DNA of 64,000 nucleotides from Treponemataceae bacterium (GCA_963677895.2 CAXXGJ010000038.1:544001-608000), one strand, 5' to 3'. Shown: positions 46,147 to 56,938, counted from the first letter of the stretch. The notes: a model not told the origin generated them from the sequence alone. Made by a program: numbers and translations.

Positions 46147-47252
46147 AAGGAAGAGAGGCCTATTTCCAGCGTTCGCGGATAAGCGCGGGATATCTCGCCG
46201 GCGCCTTGGCGGCGGCCTGCCTCGGTTTCGTTCTGCTTCAGGCGACGAAGACCGCCGTTCCCTACCCCCTCTACGAAATCCAGCTGGACGCGGCGAAGAG
46301 GATGGAAAAATCGGAGCGGATCCTGAAAAACGCCCTCCTCTCCGATGGCCAGTCCATTGAAACCGACCTCGACCCCAACGGGACCGGCTTGATCGGACCC
46401 GAATGGACAGCCTTGACGACGACGCTCGGGGATCTGGAAGCCAAAAGGAGCACACTCAATCCCAACTTCGCGGCGCTCATGGTCCGCTATTTTCACGAGG
46501 CCGGGCTCGAAAAGGGAGATTTGATCGCGGTGGGCGCCAGCGGATCCTTTCCGGGCATGACCATAGCGACGCTCTGCGCGGCTGAGGAAATGGGGCTCGA
46601 GGCGCTGACCATAGCTTCCTTCGGCTCGTCGATGTACGGGGCGACGAGACCCGAATTCACCACGCCCAGGATGATCCGCATCCTATCCGACGCGTCGATG
46701 ATCCCCTATTCGCTGATAGCCGTCTCCCCCGGGGCCGACGGCGACCACGGCGAAAACCCTCTCTTCGAGGATTCGCGCGAGATCATCACCGGACTGGCAG
46801 CGGAAACCGGCGTCGAGTTCATCGATTTTACCCCACCCAACCTCGAAGCCAGCATCGCGCGACGCCTTGAGCTTTTCGAAGAGGTTTCGGCGGGGAAAAA
46901 AATCGAATGCTTCGTGAATATCGGCGGCGCCAGCTCCAACAGCGGCGCGTCCTCCTATACCCTCGACTTTCCCCAGGGCCTCGTGATGGACCCGCCGCGC
47001 ATCCCCCCATCGGCCGACCGCGGCCTCATCTATGAGTATGCCGCTCGGGGAATACCGGTGATCAATCTCCTGAACATCAGGTCCCTCGCGGCGAAAAACG
47101 GACTCCCCTACGACCCTATTCCCCTTCCCCTCCCGGGAGAAGGCGATGTCTATAAAAACGTGCGCTACAGCAAACCCCTCGCCCTCGCCGCCTTGGCTGC
47201 CGCGATCGGCCTGCTGGCGGCGGCCCTCATCCGGCGGAGGAAAGATCGATGA
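46143..47252 (+). CDS. pgsW: poly-gamma-glutamate system protein PgsW
   Basis: DPNGTGLIG..TTTLGDLEAKR, SGSFPG, SSMYGA, FVNIGG, GIPVINLLNI; directly after pgsC. Confidence 0.82.
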   Translation: MKGREAYFQRSRISAGYLAGALAAACLGFVLLQATKTAVPYPLYEIQLDAAKRMEKSERILKNALLSDGQSIETDLDPNGTGLIGPEWTALTTTLGDLEAKRSTLNPNFAALMVRYFHEAGLEKGDLIAVGASGSFPGMTIATLCAAEEMGLEALTIASFGSSMYGATRPEFTTPRMIRILSDASMIPYSLIAVSPGADGDHGENPLFEDSREIITGLAAETGVEFIDFTPPNLEASIARRLELFEEVSAGKKIECFVNIGGASSNSGASSYTLDFPQGLVMDPPRIPPSADRGLIYEYAARGIPVINLLNIRSLAAKNGLPYDPIPLPLPGEGDVYKNVRYSKPLALAALAAAIGLLAAALIRRRKDR

Positions 47253-48538
47253 AGGAAGAAATCCGCGGCAATCGCATAGACGCAGTTCGCCCCGACGCGC
47301 CCGACCTGGCGCCATTCGGGGCCTTGCCCGTGGGGGTGAAAACCGTCGTCTTCACGAACCAGGGACAGGTGGACGTGGCCAGGACCGAGACCGGCAAGCC
47401 AGCCCCGCTCTATGACAGGCCGCTTAAAGCCGAAATCTGGTATCCCGCCAAGAGGGAATCCGGTCGGCCTTCCTCCGGCGAGTATGAGAATGTCATGACG
47501 CGCGACGGCAAGACCCTTGTCTCGCTCTGGGGACAGGCGGTCAGGAACGCCGAACCCGCGAGGGAAGCCGGGCCCTGCCCGCTCGTGATCCTGTCGCATG
47601 GATATCCAGGCAACCGGTTCATAATGTGCCATTTCGGGGAAAACCTCGCCAGCAAGGGCTATATCGTGGTTTCGATGGACCATTTCGAGAGCACCTACGA
47701 CAATCTGGGGGCCTTCTCATCCACCCTTTACAACCGCCCCCTCGATCAACTTTTCATCCTGAACGCCATGGCCCGGCTCAACGGCGAGGACGTGGGCGTT
47801 GGAGGGACGGGCACGGACGCCGGCGTCGGTGTAGGCGCCGGCCTCGCGGGCATGATAGACGCCGACAGGACGGCCATCCTCGGCTATTCCATGGGCGGTT
47901 ATGGCTTGATCAACACGATCGGCGGCGGTTTCTGCCCGGCTATAATAAAAGCCCCGCTGGCGCCGCCCAACATGCTCCTGGCCGCGAGACAGGCGGGCAA
48001 CCCCCAGTATGAGGCGAGTCTGGATTCCAGGATCAAGGCCGCCGTAGCGATAGCCCCCTGGGGCTGGACCCATGGATTCTGGGACAAATCGGGCCTGGCA
48101 GGCGTCAGGACTCCGCTGCTCTTCCTCGCCGGCGGCGTCGATACGACGGTGGGCTACGACCCTGGCGTGCGGAATATTTTCGGGAATTGCGTCCACGCGG
48201 AACGATATCTGCTGACCTTCGAGAACGCCGGCCACAACGCCATGGCTCCCATACCGGCGCCGAGTGAGGTCTGCATGTCGCCCGGACCCGAAGCCAGATA
48301 CTGGAAACACTACCAGGACCCGGTCTGGGACGGCGTTCGGGGCAACAATATAGCCCAGCACTTCGTCACCGCCTTCCTCGCGAAATATCTGATGAAGGAT
48401 CCGGCGGCCGACGCCTATCTCGACCTGCCCGAGCGTTCGAAAGAATCCACGGCGGGGAGCGATACCTCCTGGAAAGGCTTTAGCGTCAGGAACGCGTCGG
48501 GCCTGAGGTTCGAACGCCGCGGGCCGGCGGGACAATGA
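47249..48538 (+). CDS. alpha/beta hydrolase (dienelactone hydrolase / PAF-AH-like)
   Basis: IWYPA, SHGYPGNR, NRPLDQ, GYSMGG, AGHN. Confidence 0.8.
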   Translation: MKEEIRGNRIDAVRPDAPDLAPFGALPVGVKTVVFTNQGQVDVARTETGKPAPLYDRPLKAEIWYPAKRESGRPSSGEYENVMTRDGKTLVSLWGQAVRNAEPAREAGPCPLVILSHGYPGNRFIMCHFGENLASKGYIVVSMDHFESTYDNLGAFSSTLYNRPLDQLFILNAMARLNGEDVGVGGTGTDAGVGVGAGLAGMIDADRTAILGYSMGGYGLINTIGGGFCPAIIKAPLAPPNMLLAARQAGNPQYEASLDSRIKAAVAIAPWGWTHGFWDKSGLAGVRTPLLFLAGGVDTTVGYDPGVRNIFGNCVHAERYLLTFENAGHNAMAPIPAPSEVCMSPGPEARYWKHYQDPVWDGVRGNNIAQHFVTAFLAKYLMKDPAADAYLDLPERSKESTAGSDTSWKGFSVRNASGLRFERRGPAGQ

Positions 48539-48556
48539 CATGAAAAAGGAGCCGTC

Positions 48557-49543
48557 ATGAACGCAATCGAGAAAAACGTCGACAGGATCAGGTTCGCGCA
48601 CCTTCCGACGCCGATCGAGGAGATGAAGCGGCTTTCGGCCGGGCTGGGCGGACCCCGCCTTTTCGTGAAAAGGGACGACGCGACGGGGCTTGCCCTGGGC
48701 GGCAACAAGACGCGCAAGCTGGAGTTTCTCGTAGCCGACGCGCTGGCAAAGGGAGCCAGGACTCTCGTGACGGCGGGAGCCGCCCAGTCCAACCATTGCA
48801 GACAGACGGCCGCGGCCGCGGCTAAATTCGGCATGGGCTGCGTCCTCGTGCTGGACGGGCGCGAACCCGACGAGCCAAGCGCGAATCTCCTCCTGGACAA
48901 GCTTTTCGGCGCCCACATCGTCTGGGTAGCCGACAGGAAGGACAGGGAAAGCACGCAAAGGGAGACCTTCGGGAAACTGGACGCCGCGGGAGAAAAGCCC
49001 TATTTCGTCCCCTACGGCGGATCGAGCCCGATAGGGGCTATGGGCTATACCTTCGCGGTCGAGGAGGTCCTGGCCTAGGGCATAGACGCCGACTGGTTCG
49101 TGTTCGGCACCTCATCGGGCGGAACCCACGCGGGGCTCGCCCTGGGAGCGCGCCTCTTCGGTTATCGCGGAAAGGTCCTGGGAATCAGCATCGACGAATC
49201 AGAGGCCTGGCTGAAGGCGCGCGTCTCGGCGCTCGCCTCAGACGCCTCCGAGCTTCTGGGCTGGCGCGTCGAGATAAGGCCGGAGGAGATTCTCGCGAAC
49301 GATTCCTATTGTTCGGCCGGCTATGGCGTGCTCACCGGCGCCGAAAGAGAAGCGGTGACGTTATTCGCGCGGACCGAAGGGCTGCTGCTCGATCCCGTCT
49401 ATACGGGAAGGGCCGCGGCTGGCCTCGTCGATCTCATACGAAAGGGTTGTTTCAGGAAGGACGAGTCGGTGCTTTTCTGGAATACGGGAGGCCAGCCGGC
49501 TCTCTTCGCGGAGAAGTACCTAGACATTCTGGACCGGGCTTAA
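48557..49543 (+). pseudogene. D-cysteine desulfhydrase / ACC deaminase family gene interrupted by in-frame TAG at 49076-49078
   Basis: PTPI, KRDD..GGNKTRKLE, QSNH before the stop; same frame continues GIDADW..SSGGTHAG..EGLLLDPVYTG..NTGG. Confidence 0.8.
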
Positions 49544-50445
49544 TCGCCCGCGACGCAGCGGTTCCGGCCGGAATTCTTGGCTTCGTAGAGGCGTTTATCG
49601 GCCCTTGTCACGATGGATTCGAGCGTGTCGCCCTTGGCGGCCCTCGCCGTTCCGATGGAGACGGTGACCGCCAGTATTTCCCGCTCGTCCAGATGAATCC
49701 AGCTGTTTTCAACCATCAATCGAAGGCGTTCGCCTATTTCGCCCATTTTTCCGGCGGGAACAGTGGGACAGAGGAGAATGAACTCCTCGCCGCCCCAGCG
49801 TACGGCGGCATCGAGGGGGCGCACGGCCGAACTCAAGGTCGACGCAACCATCTTCAGCGCCCGGTCGCCGACGGCATGCCCATGCTTGTCGTTCACTTGT
49901 TTAAAATTATCTATATCCGCCATGAAAACCCCGAAGCCGGCGCCGCCCTCCTCCACCGCCTTGAAGCGGGACTCCGCGATTATCTGGAGATACCTCCTGT
50001 TCCCGAGGCCGGTGAGAGGATCGGTCAGGACCTCATGTCTCAACGCTTCGAGCTTGGCGAGAAGCATCGAACGCTCCCGGCGATCGGAGAACATCTCGAT
50101 GGCGCCGATCGTGGCTCCCGATTCATCGGTGAGCGGCGCCGCCCACACCATGATGGGCACTCTGTTGCCGTCGCTGTGGTGCATGTAGACTTCAGCCTCG
50201 CGCACTTCCCCATCCGCCATAGTGGCGCAGAGGGGACAGCCGTGGAGGCAGAGCTGCGTTCCATCCGCCGTTATGTGTCGCAGCAAGTTATCCGAGCAGC
50301 GGGTTCCAAGCGCCCTCTCCCTCGAATATCCCGTGAGAAGCTCCGCGGCGCGGTTCCAGAAAGTCACTTTCCTTTCGAGGTTCAGGAAATAAACGCCGCT
50401 GTCCAATCTGGACATGAAATCTTCGAGGCTTTTATCATGTTTCAT
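49540..50445 (-). CDS. PAS-domain diguanylate cyclase
   Basis: PAS (WNRAAE), DPLTGLGNRR, DIDNFK, RWGGEEF. Confidence 0.88.
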   Translation of the reverse strand: MKHDKSLEDFMSRLDSGVYFLNLERKVTFWNRAAELLTGYSRERALGTRCSDNLLRHITADGTQLCLHGCPLCATMADGEVREAEVYMHHSDGNRVPIMVWAAPLTDESGATIGAIEMFSDRRERSMLLAKLEALRHEVLTDPLTGLGNRRYLQIIAESRFKAVEEGGAGFGVFMADIDNFKQVNDKHGHAVGDRALKMVASTLSSAVRPLDAAVRWGGEEFILLCPTVPAGKMGEIGERLRLMVENSWIHLDEREILAVTVSIGTARAAKGDTLESIVTRADKRLYEAKNSGRNRCVAGD

Positions 50446-50547
50446 GCGATATCTCCGGTACAAAAATTTCTCGCGGGGAGAAGGTCATCATGATCATGAT
50501 AGACTAAAAGCCGGCTTTTTTCGATAACAGAGTAAAAAAACAGCTTC

Positions 50548-51892
50548 CTACAAGTCCAGAATGTATCGGTTGACGATGTTTTCGAGGCGCTCCTGTTTCC
50601 CCGAGGTGATACCCGCGGCGCCGTAGTCGCCCGCGAGCCCGGCCAGTTCCTCGAGACCGAGGGAACCACGCTCAAAGGCGGCGCCTTTTCCCGCGTCGAA
50701 CGAAGAGTATCGCTCCGCCACGAAGGACGAAAGCGCCTTATCGTCGATGATGCGCTGCGCGGCCACGAGGCCGGCGGCGAAGGCGTCCATGCCGCCTATG
50801 TGGGCCTCGAAGAGATCGCTGGGGTCGACGGAGTTGCGGCGTATCTTTGCGTCGAAGTTGAGGCCGCCGGTGACGAAGCCGCCCGCCTTCAAGGATGGCG
50901 AGCATGGCCAGCGTTGTCTCCTGGAGACTCGAGGGGAACTGGTCGGTGTCCCAGCCGTTGCGCGGATCGCCGCGGTTCGCGTCCACGGAGCCGAAGAAGC
51001 CCATCGACGCGGCGGTCTCCAGCTCATGGTAGAAATCGTGGCCCGCCAGCTCCGCGTGATTGGCCTCGATGTTGATGCGGAAATCCTTCTCCAGGCCGTA
51101 GGCGCGCAGAAACCCCGCGACGGTTTCCACGTCGAAGTCGTACTGATGCTTCATGGGTTCCATGGGTTTCGGCTCGATGTAGAACATGCCCTTGAATCCC
51201 TGTTTCCTGCCGTAGTCGCGCGCCATGGTCAGGAATCGGGCGAGATGTTCTTTCTCGCGCTTCATGTCCGTGTTGAGGAGGCTCATGTAGCCCTCGCGAC
51301 CTCCCCAGAAGGTATAGCCCCGCCCGTCCAAGGCTATCGTCGCGTCGATCGCCGCCTTGACCTGGGCGGCGGCATGGGCGACGACGGGGAATTCGGGATT
51401 GGTAGCCGCCCCGTTCATGAAGCGCGGGTTGAAAAACATGTTGGCGGTCGCCCAGAGGAGCTTGACTCCCGTGGCCGCCTGGCGTTCGCCCGCGAGCTCC
51501 ACTATGTGCCGGAGATTCTTCTCGCTTTCGGCGGGCGTAGAGCCTTCGGGCGCCATGTCGCGGTCGTGGAAGCAATAGTACTCGGCGCCCAGCTTGGTGA
51601 AGAACTCGAAGGCCGCGTCGAGTTTCCGCTCGGCGGCTTGCAGGGGCGTGGCTGGCGGCTCGTTCCAGGGATAGAAGTGCGTCGGGGAACCGAAGGGATC
51701 CAGGCCGTCGCCGCAGAAGCTGTGCCAGTAGGCGACGGCGAAGCGAAGCTGTTCCTTCATCGTCTTGCCGCCGACCTTCCGCTCCGGATTGTAGTACTTG
51801 AAGGCGAGCGGGTTGTCGCTCTTCGGGCCCTCAAAGGGTATGCGGCCGATGCCCGGAAAGTATTCCTTCGTCCCGACGAAATAGTCAGTCAT
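50548..51892 (-). pseudogene. xylA: xylose isomerase with +1 frameshift near 50891
   Basis: [43 protein letters not shown] in one frame; [19 protein letters not shown] in the next. Confidence 0.85.
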
Positions 51893-51902
51893 GGCGTTCT
51901 CC

Positions 51903-53390
51903 TTATCGATAAAGGGGGCTTAAGGCCCCGAGATACTTCGAGTATTCGGCGTAAGCCGCTTCCCAGCGCTTCGACTCCGCGGGATCGGGTTCGACGGCGC
52001 TTTTCACGTCCATGGCGACATGATCGTCGACCAGCGCTTCCAGACTGGCCGGCCTTCCGGCGGCGCGCTCGCCGCAGTACAGCGCCTGCAAGGCCGCGCC
52101 CATCGCGGCAGCTTCCTCGCCCGCCGGAATGCGGACCGGAAGGTCCGTTACGTTGGCGACCATGGACCTCCAGAGCGCGCTCTTGGCCCCGCCGCCTATG
52201 AGGCGTATTTCCCTGGCTTCGAAACCGAGCGAGCGGAAGGAATCGAGGCCGATTTTCATGCCGAAGATCGCCGATTCCATGGCCGCCCGCGAAAGATTTT
52301 CCTTCGTGAAGTTGGTCGCCGTGGCGCCGTTGACGCTTGCCCTGCCTTCGGGAAGGTTGGGGATGCGTTCGCCGTTGAAAAACGGCAGTACGACGAGGCC
52401 TTCGGCGCCGATGGGAGCTTTTTCCGCCAGCGCGTTTAACTCGGCGAGGCTAAGGCCGAGCAAAGTCCTGATTTTTTCGCTCGCGACGGTGCAGTTCATC
52501 GTGCAGAGAAGAGGCAGCCAGCCGCCCGTCGAGGAGCAGAAGGCCGCGAGATTGCCCTTCGGATCGATGATGGGCGCGGCTGAGTATCCGTAAAGAGTCC
52601 CCGAGGTGCCGAGGCTCATCGTGAGGAAGCCGTCGCGCACCGTGCCGGTGCCGAGAGCGCCCATCATGTTGTCGCCGCCGCCCGCCGCCACGATCGCCCC
52701 TTCCGGCAGGTCGAATTCGCGGGCGGCGGCCGCCCCGACCCGCCCCGCCGGCTCTTCCGGCCGAAGCAGGCGCGGGAGACAGGCCTCGATGCGCCTATCC
52801 ACGAGCGCGCAGATAGGCGCCGACCATTTCCGCGCCCTCACGTCGAAAAGCGCCGTGCCCGAAGCGTCGCCGAACTCGGCCGCGTACTCGCCGGTGAGGA
52901 GGAAATTCACGTAATCGTGGGGGAGAAGTATATGGGCGAGGCGGGCGAAGGCCTCGGGTTCGCGCTTTTTCAGCCAGAGAATCTTGGGAGCCGTATAGCC
53001 GGGGAGCATGAGCATCCCCGTCCGGGCGAGAAGGGCTCCCTCCCCTCCCGCGGCCTCGGTGAGTTCGGCGCATTCCGCGACGGTCGACGTGTCGCACCAA
53101 AGCTTGACGGGTCGGATCGGCAGTCCTCGGTCATCCAGCGCCACGAATCCGTGCTGCTGGCCGGAGACGCCGATCCCCGCGATCGTGGCCCTTAGCGCGG
53201 GATCGATCGCCGCGAAACAAGCCTTGAGCGCCTCCCGATACCAGGAAGCCTCCTGTTCGCGCGTGCCGTCGTTCCGGGCGATCATCTCCAGGGGAGACTG
53301 GCTAAGAGCCGCTATCCTCCGCCCTTCGAAGTCGTAGACGAGGACTTTGCAGCTTTGGGTCCCTAGATCGATTCCGCAGACTGTCTTCAT
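51903..53390 (-). CDS. xylB: xylulokinase
   Basis: [37 protein letters not shown]; upstream of xylA. Confidence 0.9.
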   Translation of the reverse strand: MKTVCGIDLGTQSCKVLVYDFEGRRIAALSQSPLEMIARNDGTREQEASWYREALKACFAAIDPALRATIAGIGVSGQQHGFVALDDRGLPIRPVKLWCDTSTVAECAELTEAAGGEGALLARTGMLMLPGYTAPKILWLKKREPEAFARLAHILLPHDYVNFLLTGEYAAEFGDASGTALFDVRARKWSAPICALVDRRIEACLPRLLRPEEPAGRVGAAAAREFDLPEGAIVAAGGGDNMMGALGTGTVRDGFLTMSLGTSGTLYGYSAAPIIDPKGNLAAFCSSTGGWLPLLCTMNCTVASEKIRTLLGLSLAELNALAEKAPIGAEGLVVLPFFNGERIPNLPEGRASVNGATATNFTKENLSRAAMESAIFGMKIGLDSFRSLGFEAREIRLIGGGAKSALWRSMVANVTDLPVRIPAGEEAAAMGAALQALYCGERAAGRPASLEALVDDHVAMDVKSAVEPDPAESKRWEAAYAEYSKYLGALSPLYR

Positions 53391-53532
53391 GTGCCACTCC
53401 CTGGAGCTTGGTTACATCTAGAAGACTAGATCGCGATGAGCATATAGGCAATGCGGAATATTGACAAAACATATCCGTTATTGACTTTTCCCATCCACGC
53501 GGGACGGGAAAAGCCTCCCGGAGCAAATCGCC

Positions 53533-54321
53533 TTATTTTTTTGAAGCCTGGTCGGCGCAGGGCTTCCTACCCTTGACCCAGTAGGCGCTCCCGTCGGGTT
53601 CCCGCTCCAGAAAGCGATAGTCGATGAGATAGCGCCGGAGCGCCGCGTAGTCCGCGTCGGCTTGTATTAAAATGGCGTCGACTTCCTTCTGGCCGTAGAG
53701 ACGATCGGCCGCAAAGCGCTCGGCGATCCTGCGGAGAATGACGAGTTTTTCCTTTTCCTTGCGCGGAATCCGCAGCAGGCTCCCGTCAGCCTTCAGGTAT
53801 TTGGTTTCTATCGCCAGGGCTTCCTCCTCGGTCACCACGGCGCGGTCATCCTGCATGGGCATCGAAGCCGGGTAGGCTATAAAACGGCCCACGCGCTTCC
53901 CGGACTGGTCCAGGAGCTTCATGAGGGCGAGGAAAATCTTGGCTTCCGTCTCGCGCCTGCGCAGGGCGCGGCGCTGGTTCCTCACCGTGGAAGGCGCCTT
54001 GCCGCCCAACATGGTCGCGATTTCCTTGTCGGCGTTCCCCTTATGGAGAAGACGCAGCACTTCAGCCATCGCGTCGGGAATCCCCGTCGCATCCTTTCCC
54101 ATATCGAGAATTTCATCGAAGAGATTGCCATGGTCGGCCGCGACATGTTCCTTCATCGCGCGCTCGGCCGCGGAAAAGCCGCCGGCCGAGGGATACACGC
54201 GACCTTTCTCGAAGAGGGCGTCACAACGGAGACAGTGGAAGGAGGATCCATCTTTGCCGCGGTAGTACCCGCGCGCCAGGTCATTGCTCGACCTGGATTC
54301 TATAAGTTTTTCGTCTATCAT
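53533..54321 (-). CDS. DUF2087 domain protein with Zn-finger and HTH (probable regulator)
   Basis: CLRC...HVAADH, DKEIA..STVRN, PRKEKEK, DYAALRRYLIDYRFLER..DGSAYW. Confidence 0.8.
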   Translation of the reverse strand: MIDEKLIESRSSNDLARGYYRGKDGSSFHCLRCDALFEKGRVYPSAGGFSAAERAMKEHVAADHGNLFDEILDMGKDATGIPDAMAEVLRLLHKGNADKEIATMLGGKAPSTVRNQRRALRRRETEAKIFLALMKLLDQSGKRVGRFIAYPASMPMQDDRAVVTEEEALAIETKYLKADGSLLRIPRKEKEKLVILRRIAERFAADRLYGQKEVDAILIQADADYAALRRYLIDYRFLEREPDGSAYWVKGRKPCADQASKK

Positions 54322-54541
54322 GGGATGTATAGTATCAACTATTTGTCTATTATTCAATAGGCCTATTAGCCACTTTGTCTATATTTCAATTCATGACTCT
54401 CATTTGCGGCGACGCATGAATCGGCCGCTTCCTGCGCCGCGCAGCCGAAAGATTGATGTATTTTCTTGATCCGCCTTGTTTTCCGGTCAATAATATTTGA
54501 AGGTTTTATTTTCCTGCACTACAATGCACTAGGAGGCTCTC

Positions 54542-54949
54542 ATGAAAAAAATCGTATCATTTATAATCGTGATCGGGTGTATCGTGTCGCTGACCGGCTG
54601 CGCTTCCATGCTTAAATCCATGGGCGGCGTCTCCAAGTCGGAACTCGCCGCCTATACGACGGCCACGGACGAAAAACTGAATTCCATGAACGCCGCCTTG
54701 ACCAACGCGGAGAACGCCATAAAGGAAATCGAGACAATCAGGACGCTCGTTGCCCAGCTTACGGCCGATCTGGAAGCCGCAAAGCTTTCGGCCAGCGAAC
54801 TGGAAGCCGCCCTGGCCACCGTGGAAGAATTGAAATCGAAGGTTGACACCCTGTCGGACGATACGCTGCTGAGGCTGTCCAAGCTCATCCAGGACGCTCT
54901 GGCGACCAATACGGCGACGGCGGCGACAACGGCAACGGAATCGAAATAG
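54542..54949 (+). CDS. coiled-coil lipoprotein
   Basis: AGGAGG RBS; MKK, hydrophobic core, lipobox LTGC; heptad helical body. Confidence 0.75.
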   Translation: MKKIVSFIIVIGCIVSLTGCASMLKSMGGVSKSELAAYTTATDEKLNSMNAALTNAENAIKEIETIRTLVAQLTADLEAAKLSASELEAALATVEELKSKVDTLSDDTLLRLSKLIQDALATNTATAATTATESK

Positions 54950-55029
54950 ACCCCGACCATTCACACTCGTACTAGAACCTGCGACCACCTGCGGGATAGG
55001 ATAGAAAGATCGAAGCTAGGAGACGTCAG

Positions 55030-55929
55030 GTGGTCCTGGAAAAAATTCTATCGATTTTCGTCATCATGGCGATTGGTTTTGCCGCCAAGAAATTCAAAGT
55101 AGTCGATGCGGTATTCCTGCGCGGTCTCTCGTCGTTCATGGTGAATATCGCGCTCCCCTTCGCGTTCCTGGTCAGCCTCGATCGCGGCATCCCGAAATCG
55201 GTGCTGCCTGAACTGGGAATAATGGCCCTTTGGGCTTTCGCAATCCACGGAGCCTCGATCGGCCTCGCGTCCTTCGCCTACCGGCGCTTTCCGGACAATC
55301 AGCGCAAGGTGCTGTCTTTCATCACCGTGTTCACGAATTCCGCCTTCATGGGTTTGCCCGTGGCGCAGAGCATAGCCGGAACCAAAGGCATGATGTTCGC
55401 CTCGATCTACAACGTCGCGTACATGGTTTTAATCTACACCTACGGTCTTTCGCTTTTCCAGGAAAAGGCGGAGAAGGGACGGCTTAAAAAAATCCTTCTG
55501 AACCCGGGTATCATCGCGATCACCATTGGCATCATCCTCTGGTTCCTGCCCTTCTCCCTTCCAAACTTCCTGCTCGAATCGGTGGGGTTGATGGCAAAAC
55601 TGCAGACGCCGCTCGCGATGTTCATCGTCGGCGCCAATATCGCCAATATCCGCGTGGAGAGGATTCTTCCCGAAAAAGCGCTGCTGGTGGCGATCGCGGT
55701 GAGGCTCGTCTGTATCCCGCTCGCCGTGTACGGCGTCATAAAGCTCACCGGCTCGACGGGGCTTGCCCCGGGCATCGCGCTCATCATGACGGCCATGCCC
55801 GCCGGCGCCCAGACCGTCGTCGTCGCGGAATCGGTCGGAGCCGATTCGTCTTTCGCCTCGGAAGTCGTCTTCGCCACGACTATCCTATCGGTTTTCACCA
55901 TCCCGATTTTCGCCAGTCTGATGGCTTAG
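55030..55929 (+). CDS. AEC (auxin efflux carrier) family transporter
   Basis: NSAFMGLP, NPGII, PLAMFIVGA, AMPAG; about 10 TM. Confidence 0.85.
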   Translation: MVLEKILSIFVIMAIGFAAKKFKVVDAVFLRGLSSFMVNIALPFAFLVSLDRGIPKSVLPELGIMALWAFAIHGASIGLASFAYRRFPDNQRKVLSFITVFTNSAFMGLPVAQSIAGTKGMMFASIYNVAYMVLIYTYGLSLFQEKAEKGRLKKILLNPGIIAITIGIILWFLPFSLPNFLLESVGLMAKLQTPLAMFIVGANIANIRVERILPEKALLVAIAVRLVCIPLAVYGVIKLTGSTGLAPGIALIMTAMPAGAQTVVVAESVGADSSFASEVVFATTILSVFTIPIFASLMA

Positions 55930-55965
55930 GGCAGGGTCGAAGTCCAGAAGCTTAGGCGGATCCGC

Positions 55966-56700
55966 CTAAGCCAGTTCGCTGAGGCCTATGGTGTAGTCGA
56001 TCATCTTGAGGATCGCGTTCCTGCACTTCACGAAATCCTTGTCGCGGATGGCCTCGAAGATCATCCTATGCTGGGAACAGGCTTTGGCTATAAGCTCGCG
56101 ATTCCCTATGGAACTCTTGTGTCTCTGGGTGACGATCATCTGCAGATAGCGGAATATCGGTTCCCTGGCCACCTCGAACGAGTATCTATATAGAATGTTT
56201 TTCGAAAGTTTCACGATCTCATAATGAAACTCGAGATCCCGTTCTATCAGTTCATGCAGCAGCTCCGAATTCCAGTCGGCGATGGCGAACACCCTTAGAT
56301 TGGTCGCGTCGTAGCGGTCGCAGACAGCGCCGAGCGCCTCAACCTCCTCGGGGGAGGCGCGTTCGATGGCGAGCCTGGCGCACTCCACTTCCAGCAGCTG
56401 TCTGTATTCGCACACGTTATCGATCATCTCGGGCATGAGGTAGAAGTCTGAAACCTCGCCGATATAGTTGCTGAAGCTGAAATCCTTGACATAAGTACCT
56501 TCGCCAACGCGGGTTTCGACGATGCCCTGCGAATTCAGCTTCTGCAGCGCCATGCGGATGGTCAGGCGGTTTACGCCGAACATTTCGGAGAGTTCGTTCT
56601 CGGAAGGCAGTTTTTCCTGAAGCTTCCACTCCCCATTCTTTATCGATGCCTTGATACTGTCGCAGATTTCATCGGGCAAGGAAGTTTTTTTAATTTTCAT
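55966..56700 (-). CDS. GntR/FadR-family regulator
   Basis: KLPSENEL..FGVNRLTIR..GEGTYV; FCD domain with DLEFH. Confidence 0.88.
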   Translation of the reverse strand: MKIKKTSLPDEICDSIKASIKNGEWKLQEKLPSENELSEMFGVNRLTIRMALQKLNSQGIVETRVGEGTYVKDFSFSNYIGEVSDFYLMPEMIDNVCEYRQLLEVECARLAIERASPEEVEALGAVCDRYDATNLRVFAIADWNSELLHELIERDLEFHYEIVKLSKNILYRYSFEVAREPIFRYLQMIVTQRHKSSIGNRELIAKACSQHRMIFEAIRDKDFVKCRNAILKMIDYTIGLSELA

Positions 56701-56840
56701 TCGAATCCTTCGGCTTTTCGACATCAAAATCGAGGTCGCGGCGTTTGCGCCGGAAAAACCGTTTTTCATTGAATCGTCATTCGACCTTGAAGTCAATAAT
56801 GCGAGGCTTCTCTCCTGCTCAAAGAAATTTCAAAAAAAAG

Positions 56841-56869
56841 TTGACAGAATTAAAAACTAACCCTATTCT
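56841..56869 (+). promoter_or_regulatory. sigma70-type promoter
   Basis: TTGACA-17-TATTCT. Confidence 0.6.
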
Positions 56870-56938
56870 GCACCTAGCGAACAACCGGACAGCAAACAGT
56901 TCGTCAGTCGATCAGTCAAACAAGGGGAATTCGAAACA

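Noticed and set aside
49076..49078. Genome-wide TAG reassignment
   Set aside because: TAG is the evident stop of several intact genes here (e.g. parE, the second hydrogenase, pgsB, AEC transporter)
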